A DNA stretch of 57,024 nucleotides. Source: Elsinoe ampelina. Taxonomy: Eukaryota. Both the position numbers and the translations under genes were made by a program. Where the stretch lies: NCBI GenBank assembly GCA_010093995.1, contig ML992504.1, positions 1,956,726-2,013,749 on the forward strand, written 5' to 3'. The notes beneath the pieces were generated by a model. That model did no database searches and was not told the origin of the DNA. It saw nothing but the letters and a program-made list of their open reading frames with translations. This document shows, piece after piece, positions 11,682 to 24,196 of this stretch (position 1 is the first letter of the stretch; every line of letters begins with the position of its first letter).

Positions 11682-13262
11682 ATGGAGGAATCTCCGCTGG
11701 TAGTGGCGAGTACTGCCATATTGCGAGATAGGGTAAACAGGACTGACTGACCTCGTCAGGCCCATTCTCACGCCCGGCGCGCCGCAGAAGAAACGTCCAA
11801 AGCAAGGCTCACCGTCGCCGGATCGGAGCACGAGTCTGCAGCCGAGCAGTATGCAAGAGCGGTTGAAGATACATCGGACGTCGAGGTATGGTCCTCCACG
11901 CACACCGTTGAGAATCGCTGCTCACATGAATCGCAGGTCCTCCGCATCCTTAAACTCCTGGAAGACCACCACAGTAAGCTAGCGCAGATTGTCAAGGCAA
12001 AGGACGAGTTCAGCAAGAAGGTATCGGCCACCGAGATCAAGAGAGCAGAGGAAGAAGCGATCCAAGATGAGGTGGCATCACAGGCCCCAACCGTCACTCT
12101 GTCAGGACCCGCGCAAACAGCGTCGCCAGAGAAGCTCACCACAACCGCCTTTCTGAAGAGTCGAGATGCTCCATCCTCACTCGCCAAAGACATAGCTTCC
12201 CGTCGCGGCATCCCTCAATCTCAAAGTCGTCGTAATCCTGGCGCTGCCTCCACTCTATCACCTATACAAGCCACCGGACGAATGTCGAATCCACCGAGAA
12301 GCATTGTCACTGGCCAGCATCCTAAGCCCCCTTCCAGTGGACATAGTCACACCTCCCCCTCCAGCTCTGTCGAGTCTCCTGCGGACGAAGGCTTCAGTCG
12401 TTTCTACTCTCAGCTGACTAGTGGACCTCTGTCCAAGCTATCGTCCATGCTCGCATTCACTGGTCTGCCCCTGACAGAGCCCGAGGACAGCCTTTCAGCC
12501 TCGACATCACCGTCGGCTTCAACTCATCCGACCCAGAAGGAGAAATCAGCCACCTCAGCCCGTGTATCTACTGGCCCAGACGTCAATGCTCTCTTCTCCC
12601 GCGCCGCCCTGAAAGCCCTCGAAGAACAACAACGACATCCAGGCCCAGCTTTTGGCCCCGGCGAATCCTTCTACGTGATACCTACCAGTGGTGGGACTGC
12701 ATCGTACGCCAACATTCTCACCAAGACGCGCGAAGAACTACGAGGTCAAGGTGGAAGCAAGGACGAGGACGAATTCGTTGATGCCAGGGAAGATCTCGAG
12801 TCGAATCCTGAAATGGATGTCAAAAGCAAGAGCAAGCACAAGACATCGGTCATCCCCGCTGTCAATGACACGGATAATACACTCCGCGAGGAAGAGTTGC
12901 AGATCGAAAATGCAGCTCTCAAACAAATACTGGACAAGCTCAGTCATCGACTACAAGCTTTCGAGAGCCACGCTCAAGACGCAAGCATGGCCATGATGAA
13001 TCAGAGTATAGTCAGCCATCACTCCCGATCACCAATGGGTGGGGCTGGCACCGCAGGAGTCCGCGAAGAAATGGAAGAGCGGATGCGGGCCATGGAAGCT
13101 CAGCTGGAAAGGGAGATGAAGGAAAGGGAGAAGCTGAGTATGGAGAGTCAGAAGCAGAAGCTGGTCATTGCAAAGTACAGGAGTCATTGGGAACAGCTCA
13201 AGGACAGCGCCAGGGCGCGAGAGAAAGCGAAGAGGGAGAAAGGCCAAGATGTAAAGGCTTGA
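11682..13262 (+). CDS. MIT-domain plus C-terminal coiled-coil protein, probable Atg38/NRBF2 orthologue; exons 11682-11705, 11760-11885, 11937-13262
   Basis: Spliced N-terminus MEESPLVVAHSHARRA..EHESAA..VLRILKLLEDHH resembles the NRBF2/Atg38 MIT domain; long C-terminal coiled coil; both introns keep frame with the 12072-13262 ORF. Confidence 0.75.
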
Positions 13263-13342
13263 ATTGTCGTCATCACAATAACCCTGCGTGCCACTGCTCG
13301 GCACGTCCGATGGTGCGACGAGACCTGCAAATAACAGATATG

Positions 13343-14759
13343 TTACTCGGACGTCCTTGACCGTCGCTGCTGAATGACTTCAACCATCCTATTATACGCC
13401 TCCTTGTCCTCGTCCAAATACTCCGCATGTGGATTGATCTCTGTGCGGCACCACTCAATCTTGCCATTGGGCTCATCTTCCCGGTGATGGCTTCGCTCAT
13501 CCGCCTCGGGCCAAGGGTTTGGTAAAATCCCTTCCCAGAAGGCCACGTACCTCTTTGTGTCGAACGAAAGGCCCAAGTTGTCCCGTTCCTGGATGTCATG
13601 CTGTATGTCATCCTCGCAGCTACTGCCATAAGCAATCGTGATTCGCGTCAAGTGGGGCATTTCGTTCGCGATACGGTCATAGAAAGTCGCCCATTGGACG
13701 TTGGTCTTGAAAAACTTCCGAATACCGCCTCCTCTACCGACGCGAACTCCATGCCTAGGGTCAGGATTTGCGATGCTTTGCCAGGGCCTTGTGTCGACGG
13801 ACCAGGACTCAATACTTTGGTCCACGAGCATTGCATGACTGAGAATTTGGACATTGTGCAAGTTCAGCCTCTTCAGATGTTTGCACCGGAAGAGCCAGTC
13901 AAGTTGATTGTCCTGACCAATGGTGTAATACCCGAGACTCAAGTCTTCAAGCTCTGGCAATTGCAGACTTTCAGCTGGGAATCTACCCGGAAGGATGCCC
14001 CAATTAGTCCTGTCGTACAGCGAGAGACGTTTTAGCCGACTGGAAATGGGGTGGATCCAATCCTCAAGAAAGCCGTTCTACTTTGGATAGGTCGTGATCT
14101 GGACCAGGCTCGTTGTACTCGTACGTGCTTTGAACATGCAATCCTTCGATGGATTGCATGACGCTTCGGAAAGTCTCGCTCATAGTCACCTCTGGGACTG
14201 GCATGTTCTGTAGATTGCGGAATGTCAAGTCCTTGATCGCACTTGCCGAGTCGTCGTTGCGTGCTTGAATGGCTCCAAACAATCGCACCAGCGTTGACTT
14301 GCGGTATGTGGGATCCTCAAACAGGGTTATCCAGTGGCTTCTTGCATAGTCACTTCCGCAGACATCGGGCGTCGAAAGTAAATTGACCGACTGTGCATTC
14401 TCGAATCGCTTCAAATCGTCAAGAGCATCAAAGAAGGCATCCTGCTTGACCATTGACTCGTCACCATCGGATTCATAGGTTCGGAGGTCAATGTCAGGAT
14501 AGGACCATATCGCGACTATTTTCGGCAGCTGTCGAATCTTATCGTCCTGAGCGATTGCTTTCCACTGGGATATCGACTCTTCGGTGGGTTTAAGCACAAC
14601 TTGGCCAAACAATCTTCGAGTCGCGGGCCGGGACAATCGGGTAGCAGCGAGTCTGATATTCGGAAGATCCTCGAATGAACATCGACTGACGATCATGTCT
14701 ATGATCGCTCCTGAAAAATCATCCATGCGAATGCCAGCAGGATTGGATTGCATGGTCAA
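13343..14759 (-). pseudogene. F-box-like/LRR-like protein gene with a frameshift at ~14064-14078 (pseudogene or sequencing error)
   Basis: First frame (F-box-like IIDMIVSRCSFEDLPNIRLA) stops at KVERLS*. A second frame opens just before that stop and runs FLEDWIHPISSRLKRLSLY.. straight into the 13343-13960 ORF. No room for an intron at the switch. Confidence 0.7.
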
Positions 14760-15378
14760 AGTGTATGGCTAACGATCGAAGATGTAGAGGTAAGAGCGCA
14801 ATATCACTTACTAGCGACGAGCAATGTTTACAAGCTCCGATGCGTAGTGAATCAACTTAGATTAGAGCCTCTTCACTCAGGCGGCACAGCCATGTTGCCT
14901 GTGCTAGCGCGCCAAAATCGGGCCACAGTAGTCGACCAAAGCAACACATCCACCGAATACGCGATGCCAGAGGATGTCGAAACCATGCCACATTGTCGAG
15001 AAGCTAGAGCCTCCAACGAAGCGCACAGCAGCGAGTGAGATGCTTGCGAGGTCATTGTTCGTTCGATGCTAAAGTATTCGATTAGAGGACGATGTCCACC
15101 TGCACGTGTGAACTGCCTGCGATATCGGGGGTGACGCAAAAGCGGCCGAATAAAATTCGAGTGCAAAGAGTAAAAGCTGATTGGGCACATTTTCTTTGCA
15201 GGCCCTATCTCGGCCCAAGAAACTCTTGGACAGATCCACTCTTGTGCAGTTGAACACTTCGTCACACTTTCGATACCGACAAGGAAAAAGACTTCTTCCC
15301 TTGACAGAAACCTCGAACCAGCGCCTCGTCGCACCTTTACCCTCCGCCGTCCCATTGACGTGCCAGACAACAGTGTCC

Positions 15379-15588
15379 ATGCGTTTTGCAGCGACGCTCT
15401 TCACCTCGCAAGGTACGTGACTCGACTACCCCTCGAACGCGTTTCTATTGGGTTGAAAAAGGAATGGAGGCTCGGGGATGAAAGCAGTAGAGGAAACAGA
15501 CTAGGACAGATGATTGAACAGCGATGCTAACACTCAATGCCTCATAGACTACATTTCAGACCATCTCTGGAAGGCCTCGGTCTGCTGA
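15379..15588 (+). CDS. arginine attenuator peptide (AAP) uORF, 24 aa MRFAATLFTSQDYISDHLWKASVC; exons 15379-15412 and 15548-15588
   Basis: Spliced across a GTACGT..GCTAAC..TAG intron. Matches the Neurospora arg-2 AAP core FTSQDYLSDHLWRA including D12 and W19; stop codon is 51 nt before the CPA1 ATG. Confidence 0.95.
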
Positions 15589-15598
15589 ACGATAACCC

Positions 15599-15605
15599 TG
15601 ACTCA
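15599..15605 (+). promoter_or_regulatory. Gcn4/CPC-1 binding site TGACTCA (second TGACTC core at 15418-15423 in the uORF intron)
   Basis: Perfect consensus in the leader of an amino-acid biosynthesis gene whose orthologues are under cross-pathway control. Confidence 0.6.
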
Positions 15606-15639
15606 CACCGCTATCTGATACCCCCGAACCACTTCAACC

Positions 15640-17058
15640 ATGATGTTCAACATGTTCAAAACATCTGCCGGAAGGCTCAGCACTACTACCATCAACAAGA
15701 GCCTCCAGACCTTTGCCCAGGTCAGATCCAAGGCTGACGTCGTGTCCCCCACCACCCGCATTCCCCTCCCCACTTCCAACAGGGCCACCAAGCCAAGCTA
15801 CGAGCGAGCCACTTTTACGATCCGAGATGGACCCATCTTCCACGGAAAGAGCTTTGGCGCAAAGACCAACATATCCGGTGAAGCCGTCTTTACCACATCC
15901 CTGGTCGGATACCCCGAGTCCATGACCGATCCCTCATACAGAGGCCAGATTCTGGTCTTCACTCAGCCATTGATCGGCAACTACGGCGTGCCATCCTCGG
16001 TCAGGGATGAGTTTGGCCTCCTCAAGTACTTTGAGTCGCCAAATATTCAGGCAGCCGCAATCGTTGTGGCAGACGTTGCGCTACAGTACAGCCACTGGAC
16101 TGCCGTCGAGAGCTTGAGCGAGTGGTGTGCTCGTGAGGGAGTACCCGCCATCTCCGGCGTCGACACTCGTGCCATTGTCACACATTTGCGTGAGCAGGGA
16201 TCCTCGCTGGGGAAGATTGTAGTAGGCGAGGAATACGACGCCGACGAGGACGAAGCCTTCGAAGACCCCGCCAGCGTCAACTTGGTCAAGAAGGTGTCTA
16301 CCAAGGCCCCGTTCCACGTGCCGTCCCCCAACGGCGATATGCACGTCGCACTCATCGACTGTGGTGTCAAGGAGAATATCATCCGCAGCCTGGTCTCTCG
16401 TGGTGCTTCGGTCACTTGCTTGCCTTACGACTACCCGATTCACAAGATCGCCAATCACTTTGATGGCGTCTTTATCTCTAACGGACCCGGTGATCCCACC
16501 CACTGCCAGAGCACAAGTCACCACTTGCGCAGACTCATCGACTCGTCTCAGATTCCCATCATGGGTATTTGTCTGGGCCATCAGCTCCTTGCAATGGCCG
16601 TTGGAGCCAAGACTACCAAGATGAAGTACGGCAATCGCGCTCACAACATCCCAGCCCTTGACTTGAGCACTGGTAAGTGCCACATCACTTCGCAGAACCA
16701 CGGATACGCTGTCGACACGTCGAGCATCCCGAACGATTTCAAGGAGTACTTTGTTAATCTCAACGACGGATCCAACGAGGGCATGATTCACAAACACAGG
16801 CCCATCTTTAGCACTCAATTCCACCCAGAGGCCAAGGGTGGACCACTCGACAGCTCATACCTTTTCGACGCATACCTAAAGGAGGTCCGCCAATTCAGCA
16901 AGACTCAGGGTCTCCTGCAGCCCGGCCGTGCAAACAGACCCAGTCCACTGCTGGTGGACCTGTTGGCCAAGGAGAGAGTCGGTGTGCATCCCGGCATTCC
17001 TGATTACGAGGTCTCCCCGTATCATTCCCAGCCGGCAGCGGTGGCAGCGGCGGCATGA
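15640..17058 (+). CDS. CPA1: carbamoyl-phosphate synthase arginine-specific small chain, with a mitochondrial-type presequence
   Basis: [35 protein letters not shown] (catalytic Cys), [14 protein letters not shown]. Confidence 0.97.
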   Translation: MMFNMFKTSAGRLSTTTINKSLQTFAQVRSKADVVSPTTRIPLPTSNRATKPSYERATFTIRDGPIFHGKSFGAKTNISGEAVFTTSLVGYPESMTDPSYRGQILVFTQPLIGNYGVPSSVRDEFGLLKYFESPNIQAAAIVVADVALQYSHWTAVESLSEWCAREGVPAISGVDTRAIVTHLREQGSSLGKIVVGEEYDADEDEAFEDPASVNLVKKVSTKAPFHVPSPNGDMHVALIDCGVKENIIRSLVSRGASVTCLPYDYPIHKIANHFDGVFISNGPGDPTHCQSTSHHLRRLIDSSQIPIMGICLGHQLLAMAVGAKTTKMKYGNRAHNIPALDLSTGKCHITSQNHGYAVDTSSIPNDFKEYFVNLNDGSNEGMIHKHRPIFSTQFHPEAKGGPLDSSYLFDAYLKEVRQFSKTQGLLQPGRANRPSPLLVDLLAKERVGVHPGIPDYEVSPYHSQPAAVAAAA

Positions 17059-17624
17059 TGGTAGATTCTTGTGCTCTTTCTCTTGTCTATATCGCAGATT
17101 AGTAACGACTTCAATTGATGAAGATTTCCAAGCAAGAATATGGGCATTGCTCTCCGATCTCACATGCGTGGTCAGATACTAGACGTGACTTGAGTTTTGG
17201 GCTGACGTTGACGCTCTGCGAATAGTGCTCATCGTAAACTGCAGTGGGTCTTGAATCGCGACATGTGATAGGTCAAATTGTGAAACAAGGTTCGAAATTG
17301 GCATTTTCGTCAAGCATCCCTGCCGAGCCACAATCGATCATGTCCGAATCTCCCTGCGCCTCCTTTTGCTCGACATAGCAGCATTACCGCCTAAACCCAT
17401 CGCATTTCTTGCCAGTTCATTATTCCGCGATACACCGCACTCCTCGAACCTCCCATCGTCACATCTGTGCGCGGCTGAGCACGCTGTCTCAATCGGCGCG
17501 AGCCCCGCCAGTTCAACGTTGCATGTCAGCCTCTTCTTTCGCGCCCGCCGCGTAATACTAATGAGCACGACTTTGTTGTCATTTTGGGACCTCATTTCTG
17601 ATCATTCCAACACTAATCACCACC

Positions 17625-19514
17625 ATGAAAGCCTGTAACACCACATTAGAAGACCTTTACAGTACGTCCGAAGACGCCTGTCACTTTGGCGCCACTAACA
17701 GCATTGCCAGTCAACGAAGAGGTCCTCTGGGAGAATGGTCTGACCTGGCATCATCTCGGCCTTATCGTTTCTGCAGTCTTCGGTCTCATATCAGTCGTTG
17801 TCGCGTTATGGCTCATTTTCCAACATGCCATCCATTACTCGAAGCCTTCCGAGCAGAAACAGTGAGTGTTCTTGTTTCTGTACAAGCTTGCCGCTGACGC
17901 CCCCTCAGCATCATTCGGATCCTTCTCATGATACCCATCTATTCTACCGTTTCATTTCTCTCGTTTCTTCACTATCGACATGCGATATATTACGAAGTCC
18001 TGCGGGACTGCTATGAGGCGTTTGCCATTGCCTCCTTCTTCACCTTAATGTGTCATTATATTGCACCTGATCTGCATGAGCAGAAAGAGTACTTTCGCCA
18101 ACTACGGCCGGTCAACTGGTTCTGGAGTGTCTTTGGACTGCAAAAGTGCACCGGCGGTAAGGACAAGGGACCGTTGCGTATCCCGAGAAGCGGTCTGACC
18201 TGGTTCAACGTGAGTAATACCCTGAACTCGCAGAGCATAAGTAGCTGATACCATCTCAAGGTCATTTGGGTCTCCGTCTTCCAATACTGTCTCATCAGAG
18301 TACTCTTCACCATCGTTTCAGTGGTGACGCAGTACTTCGACCGTTATTGCGCAGAATCGTTGAGTCCAGAATTTGCCCACATTTGGGTAATGGTATTCGA
18401 AGCTTCTTCCGTCACGGTTGCCATGTTCTGCCTCATCCAATTTTACATTCAGCTCAAGGACGACTTGGCTCCGCATCGCCCATTCCTGAAGGTGCTGTGC
18501 ATCAAGCTGGTCATCTTCTTTTCATTCTGGCAGACGGTCAGTACCCTGACAATCTCCGAAAAGCCCCCACGCTGATCCTTGTAGCTCGTCATATCATTCC
18601 TTTCGTCTGGATCAGGGCCCTTGCAGCCAACGAAGAAGCTGGCCTACCCCGACATCAAGATCGGCATTCCCTCTACATTACTCTGCGTGGAGATGGCCAT
18701 CTTCGCAGTTATGCACCTTTTTGCCTTTTCATGGAAGCCATATGCGCTATCTCCCAAGAACGTTTTATCATCTGGCGGCGTGGACTCACCAGATACAGCT
18801 CCAAGCAAGTATGTAGGGGGCTTTCTGGGGATCAAAGCTCTAGTAAATGCCTTCAACCCATGGGATATCGTCAAGGCTACTGGCCGGGGTTTTCGATGGC
18901 TTTTCGTCGGGCGCAGGAATCGTTTCCAGGACACGAGCTATTCGAGCCAGCTTGATGGACAGGCGAAATCCTTCTCGTCTCAACCCAATTCCGTACCAAT
19001 GTACACAAAAGCCTCATCGGCTCGACCAACATCTACCACAGGCACTGGCAGAGATAGTGACACAGCTGGACTGCTGCACAACGCCGATACCATCGCTCCA
19101 TCACATCGACCTGCCGACTCCGACCCGGACGTGCAAACTGGTGACATTCATTCTCAGTCCGGTGACATGGGACTCTCCCACAATAGTCATCCCTACCATT
19201 CACCATCAACTCAGCACGGCGGATCAAATCCGGTCATCCGGATCTCTCCATCCGAAGGCTTCGCTCCCGCACCATCGAACAGCCACGGCGAGACCACGAT
19301 GCCGACAGCCGGCTCGTATGGAGGACGGGATCACGAAGATATGTACAATACCCAAGGCTACTTCACGCCAGGACAGACTGGGCTTGACTGTAACACGTCA
19401 TCACAGTCCCAGAGTCGGGCATCCCTGGATAACAACGGGATAGGCATGGCATATGGTGGGCATCCTGGGGAAGCACAGCAGCGGGATCAACGGCATTATG
19501 GTGATCGGTATTGA
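17625..19514 (+). CDS. TMEM184/OSTalpha (DUF300) membrane protein; exons 17625-17661, 17711-17861, 17909-18209, 18261-18536, 18585-19514
   Basis: HYSKPSEQKHIIRILLMIPIYS, RDCYEAFAIASFF, KVLCIKLVIFFSFWQ, LLCVEMAIFA; four GT-AG introns keep frame. Confidence 0.92.
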
Positions 19515-19888
19515 TTCTACATAGCCTTTCCTTCGTAATGAGATACCCTCTTTTGCAGCAAATTTATTCATCTGATGACTTGCATGGAAGTCTGCATCAA
19601 CTCGAATGTCTGCGCAAAGGGCACAACGGTCACAGATTTGGTAACGTGTCATGGAAACTGTGCTTGTGGTCTCAGCAGCTTTTGCTAGCAACAATTGCTA
19701 TCTGCCCTTTTCATCCATCTATACACGTCAATGGACTTGCGAGCAGGTCGTCGACGCACTTTGGAGCTCCACACTTCGTGGGCTAAGTTGACAAGCTCTG
19801 GAGGCGACGATGGAAGCCCTGCTGGTGTGGAATGCCAACGGCGCTGATCAGGTTGTCTCAAAGGCTTGTCGACAGGTGGCCGAACCCT

Positions 19889-22800
19889 TCAACCTCTCCT
19901 CCCACTCCTCCTTGTCCTGACACCAATCGGAGCAGGCTCGGGCTCGGGCTCGGGCTCGGGCTCAGCATCCACCTCCATCTCCTCGAACGACTCGTCTTCT
20001 CTGCCCTTGCTCGCCCTGGTACTCCTCGTGCTCCTCGTCGGCCTCCCGTTGCTTCTTTCAGCCTCAAGCTCTTCTTTGGCGAAACCCTTGATGGCTTCCT
20101 TGGCCGTCTGGCTGGCGAGACGCTTCGTCGCGACACCCTTGCCGTTAACGCCAGCACGTCCGCTAGCACCTCTGGGCTTTTTCGGCGGTTCGTCCTCGAC
20201 AACGACCTCGTCAAGTATGGGGTGCCTCTCCTTGCCACGCTTGGGCAGCTTGATCTTGGTGCCATTCGTGTCCACCTTTCCGGAGTGTTGGCAGTGTCGT
20301 CCACCCTTGACCGAAGCTCGAGTATTGTGCCATCGCATGAACCGCCAGCTTACATCCTCAGGGTCGTAGTACCTGGTGTGTCGTGTGGAGACTCGATTTC
20401 GAGTGCCATCCTCTTCCTCCTTCTCCGGATTAAGGTAGGCGCGCATTTTGCCCATCTGGAGCACAATGTCATCCCTCCATGCCACAAGCTCTTTCTTGAG
20501 ATCCTTCTCTCTGCGTCCCTTCTCGTCGAGCCAAGTAATGAGGTTATCGAGATCGTCTGCGTCGTCGATGTACCCCCATTGCTGGGCGGTGGTGACGGTC
20601 TCCGAGCCCTCTTCCGCGGCTTTGCGTTCGAGGACAGTAGTGCCGTGACGAGCTGCGTATAGCTTGGAGTCGTCTTCACTCATCTCGATGAAGCCTTCTC
20701 TCTCCATGTCGAGCGGACCTTGCACCCAGAGTCGACCCATTGCATAACCAGGATCTTCTGCGTCGGCATCTGCATGTGAGACCTTCTGTCGCTTGGCTCT
20801 TCTCCCGCTACTTCCATCCACAGGCATGCCGACTCGCTCGAACCACCACCACCTTCCCCAGAACCTGTCCCTGCCCATTGCCCGCATACGCGCATTATTC
20901 ATCTCTCTCAATCTCTCATCGAACCCTTCGATCCTTGTTTCGCAGTCGGCAATCTTCTTCTTTGCTGCGTCAATGTCCCGGAGAATGCGCTTGTAGTTCT
21001 TCACCTTGTCCGCTTTGTCCTTCTCCTTCTCCAGCTGCGCAAGACGTTCCTCTCGTTGACGGGCAATCTCCTCTTCTCGCTTCCGCTTGCGCATCTGATG
21101 GGCTCGACGTTGAGGACCCCGAAGCGTGTCGTCATCCTCGTCATCCATGCCGCCGTTGGTGGAGAGCGTGTCGTCGGGCTGACCATTGGCGAGTACGGGC
21201 GTGTCGACCTCATTGATCTTCTCTTCCTCGTCGATGAAGGCATCGGGGTTGTTGGCGCGGCGGTCGAGTTCGTGAGCATTGAGATCGCGGATATGCTCCT
21301 TTCGTTCGCGTTGGGCTTCTACCTTCTGCTTGCGGATGACGGTCATCTCTTCACTGCGGTGTTCGAGATGATTCTTCATCTGTTGGGTAGACATGCTGAG
21401 CTGGATGACCAGGGCGAGGGCAGTGATGCGGTGATTGATGTCGAGAGTGTTGTACCGGTCGCGAACGTCGATCTTTGTCGGATGGTTCATGGGTGCAAGG
21501 TGACGGACAATGGGCTCTAGGCGGGATGCGTACAGTGGTGACAGACTGAGTTGATATAGCAGTCCAAGCATGATCAATTGCCAGCCTCCATCAGCAAGGT
21601 CGCGGGCAGCTAAGCGGGTAATCCAGTCTTTCCCAGCCAGGAGCTTTGCAATGTGTTGCTCGAGACCAGGACTCTGATCTGACACGTTCTGGACAATGTT
21701 GAGATTCGATCGACGACTTCTACCATTTGTGCTGGGTGGCTCTGTGGGGCTTTGAGGACGACTATCATCAGCCATACTGCTGTCTTCATCATCGGAGTCG
21801 TCCTCCCCCATGGAGGGCATATGGGCGTGAACCTCTCCGCCCTTGTCGACAATCATCTTCAGGACGCCACAGTGTGCCTCGTCGAACATCTCGCAGGGTG
21901 GCGAAAGGTCACGAATCTCGTATTTCATAGCGTTGAGAAAGTCGTCAAAAGTAAAGGCGTCCAGTTCGAAAATATCCCAGTGAACATTCAATGCGTTCCA
22001 GATCTCCAGCAATGGACCAATCGACTGTGCCATGAGACCCGTCTCCGTGTCTGGCGTTCCATCCAATGGAGTGAGGAACTTCAGGGCGGGTCTTTTGGTG
22101 GCGTCTTGCTTTGGAGACAAGTCCAAATCATCGAGGGGTAATCGTGTTGGCTCTGGTTTGCCATTCTCAAGCTTGACTTGTGACTCGATATCCTGCTGGA
22201 CGAGGTGATCCATGCTGAATGGCGGTGGTCCTACGGGCTTTGATTTCTTGCTGGGCTTCGCGACTGGTGAGTCTCGCTGTTGTTGTGCTTGGGCTCGGGA
22301 CTGTGCGAGCTGCGCGTCACGCGTCAGGTGTAGTGGTATTGCCATGGGTAGCTTGTATAGTGCAGCCAAGTGCTCCTTGACGAGCCATGGTGCTCCGTTG
22401 TAGGCATCACGCCGCAAGCAGTTCCTCAGATAGAATTTGAGGTTGACTTTGGTGAAGGCATTGCGGTGTCGCTTCATGTATCCGCCGTCCAATAAGGCCT
22501 CCTCTTGTGAATCCTTGATCTTGACAAAGTAGCGAGCAAAGGCCGGGCGTTGTACAGAACCATCTGGATTTCGAAGCTCTGGGAAGTTTGCCTTTTCGCG
22601 CACTACGCCATCCATTGCTGCTCCGTCGTCCAGGTTGACCAAGACATCTTCGCCGGGAAAGAAGTCGTTTCGGAATTCCTAGACTGGTCAGTATCTGTTG
22701 AGAAAGGGATGTGCGTAAGGCATTAGCGCATACCTCGTATACATGCGAAACTGCAGGTTGTTAGCAATGTCCGGGACTGAAGGGATAGGTAACAATACCA

Positions 22801-23316
22801 AGATCTTCCATACGACCAATCTGAGAGAACTGGACTTTCCGAAGCACTGGTATCCGCAGGTGTTCTGGAAAGCTCTTATCGATGTCGGCCGCATTGACGC
22901 TCTGAAGCAGGTCAGTCCCAGATCCCTCGATTGTGTTTCACAAGTCCATACCTCCGACTCGAGCGCCTCAAAGAAGGTCATGCCGCTCTTACGGTTGACC
23001 TCGTCGGAAAAGTCTCGCTGGAGGTAGAAGTCATATCTGGAAGAGGTCAGCTGGTGTTCGTCCAGGCGGATGTAGGGATGTGGTACCTTTCCAGATACTT
23101 GTCGTAGCTGGTAAAGACCTCGTTGCTACCGCGCATGACCCATACCTGTCCCGTGTCAGCTCGTGTCCTTGCTCTTATGTGATTGTGCCACCAACTTCTT
23201 GATCTTGGGAGAGGATCGGTGGAGGGTCTAGGGTGGTCAAAGCCCTGCGCTTGTAGTGGACCTGGTATGTAGTGAGCGATAGAGACCTGAGAGGTGGAGC
23301 GGCACGCGCATACCAT
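19889..23316 (-). CDS. ITC1: ISW2 chromatin-remodelling subunit Itc1 (WAC, DDT, WHIM/WSD domains), several short 5' introns
   Basis: Spliced start M|VHYKRR, WAC motifs EVFTSYDKYLER and MTFFEALESE, DDT LLEIWNALNV..FELDAFTFDDF, MGRDRFWGRWWWFE, LITWLDEKGRREKDL. Confidence 0.9.
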
Positions 23317-24196
23317 TGTGCAGGTCTACAAGGCAGGGATGAACCCGTGGGAGACACTCAGGGAGGGGTCTGATATAGTGCCACCATCCGCCTCATACAG
23401 AGTGCCCCGCGCTGCAGCAAACGGTCGAATAGATGACTAGACCAAGACGGAATGGTCGCGAGATGTTTCTGAGCGAAACTTATGGCGTATCAAGGTGCTT
23501 GGACGCGTTGTGTATGTCGCCAAGCTCGTCCAATGCCTCAATACCAAAGTTGGGGTATGATGCTGCGGTAGCGGAGCCTACCCAGACGCGTAAATAATTA
23601 TTGAAACAGGGTCCGCGAATGCTCCGGACTATGGCTTCGATGCTAGTGAGTGCTGATGAGGTCGTGGTCGCGTGGTGGTGATGGACAAGTGCGCAAGGGT
23701 TGAGGAAGGAAGAGAAGACATGGAGAAGGAGACTTTGTATGGAGCAGAGGGTCCCGTAGGCCTTGGGACAAGATGTCGACTCTGCACCTCAGACCTGCAA
23801 GTGATGAAAGAGCCCACGCTGAAGCACGTTCCGCCGCACAAAATAAGGTTGCACTAGCTCTCTAGCTCCCGTACCCGATGCACGATCCTTTGAGGAAAAA
23901 AAGATCACTTTTCTTCTCCGCAAACATGGCGCTGTGCTTCAACCCTCGCTTGGAACAAGCATTGCTCTTCCAATTCAGCTCGTCAACACCCACTTTTTGG
24001 TATCAAATGAAAGCTTGAGATTTCATCATTGACTTGGCGGCATTCATAATCTGGCAAATCAATGTCATCTTGACTTGCATGAAGGACAACACACGGCCTT
24101 CATTTCTATGTCTAATGTACAGCTATCGCCTGGCAACAACATGGCCCAGGACTTGTATCATCCTCTCCGAACGACAGGTGAGGTCCAATTCTTCCA

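Noticed and set aside
19936..19962. (CTCGGG)n microsatellite
   Set aside because: Simply encodes the EPEPEP tract at the Itc1 C-terminus.
23975..24037. Possible box C/D snoRNA on the minus strand (ATGATGA...CTGA, CCAA/TTGG ends)
   Set aside because: Only ~55 nt from box C to box D, no clear C'/D' boxes and no rRNA-complementary guide I can identify; an Rfam or snoscan search would settle it.
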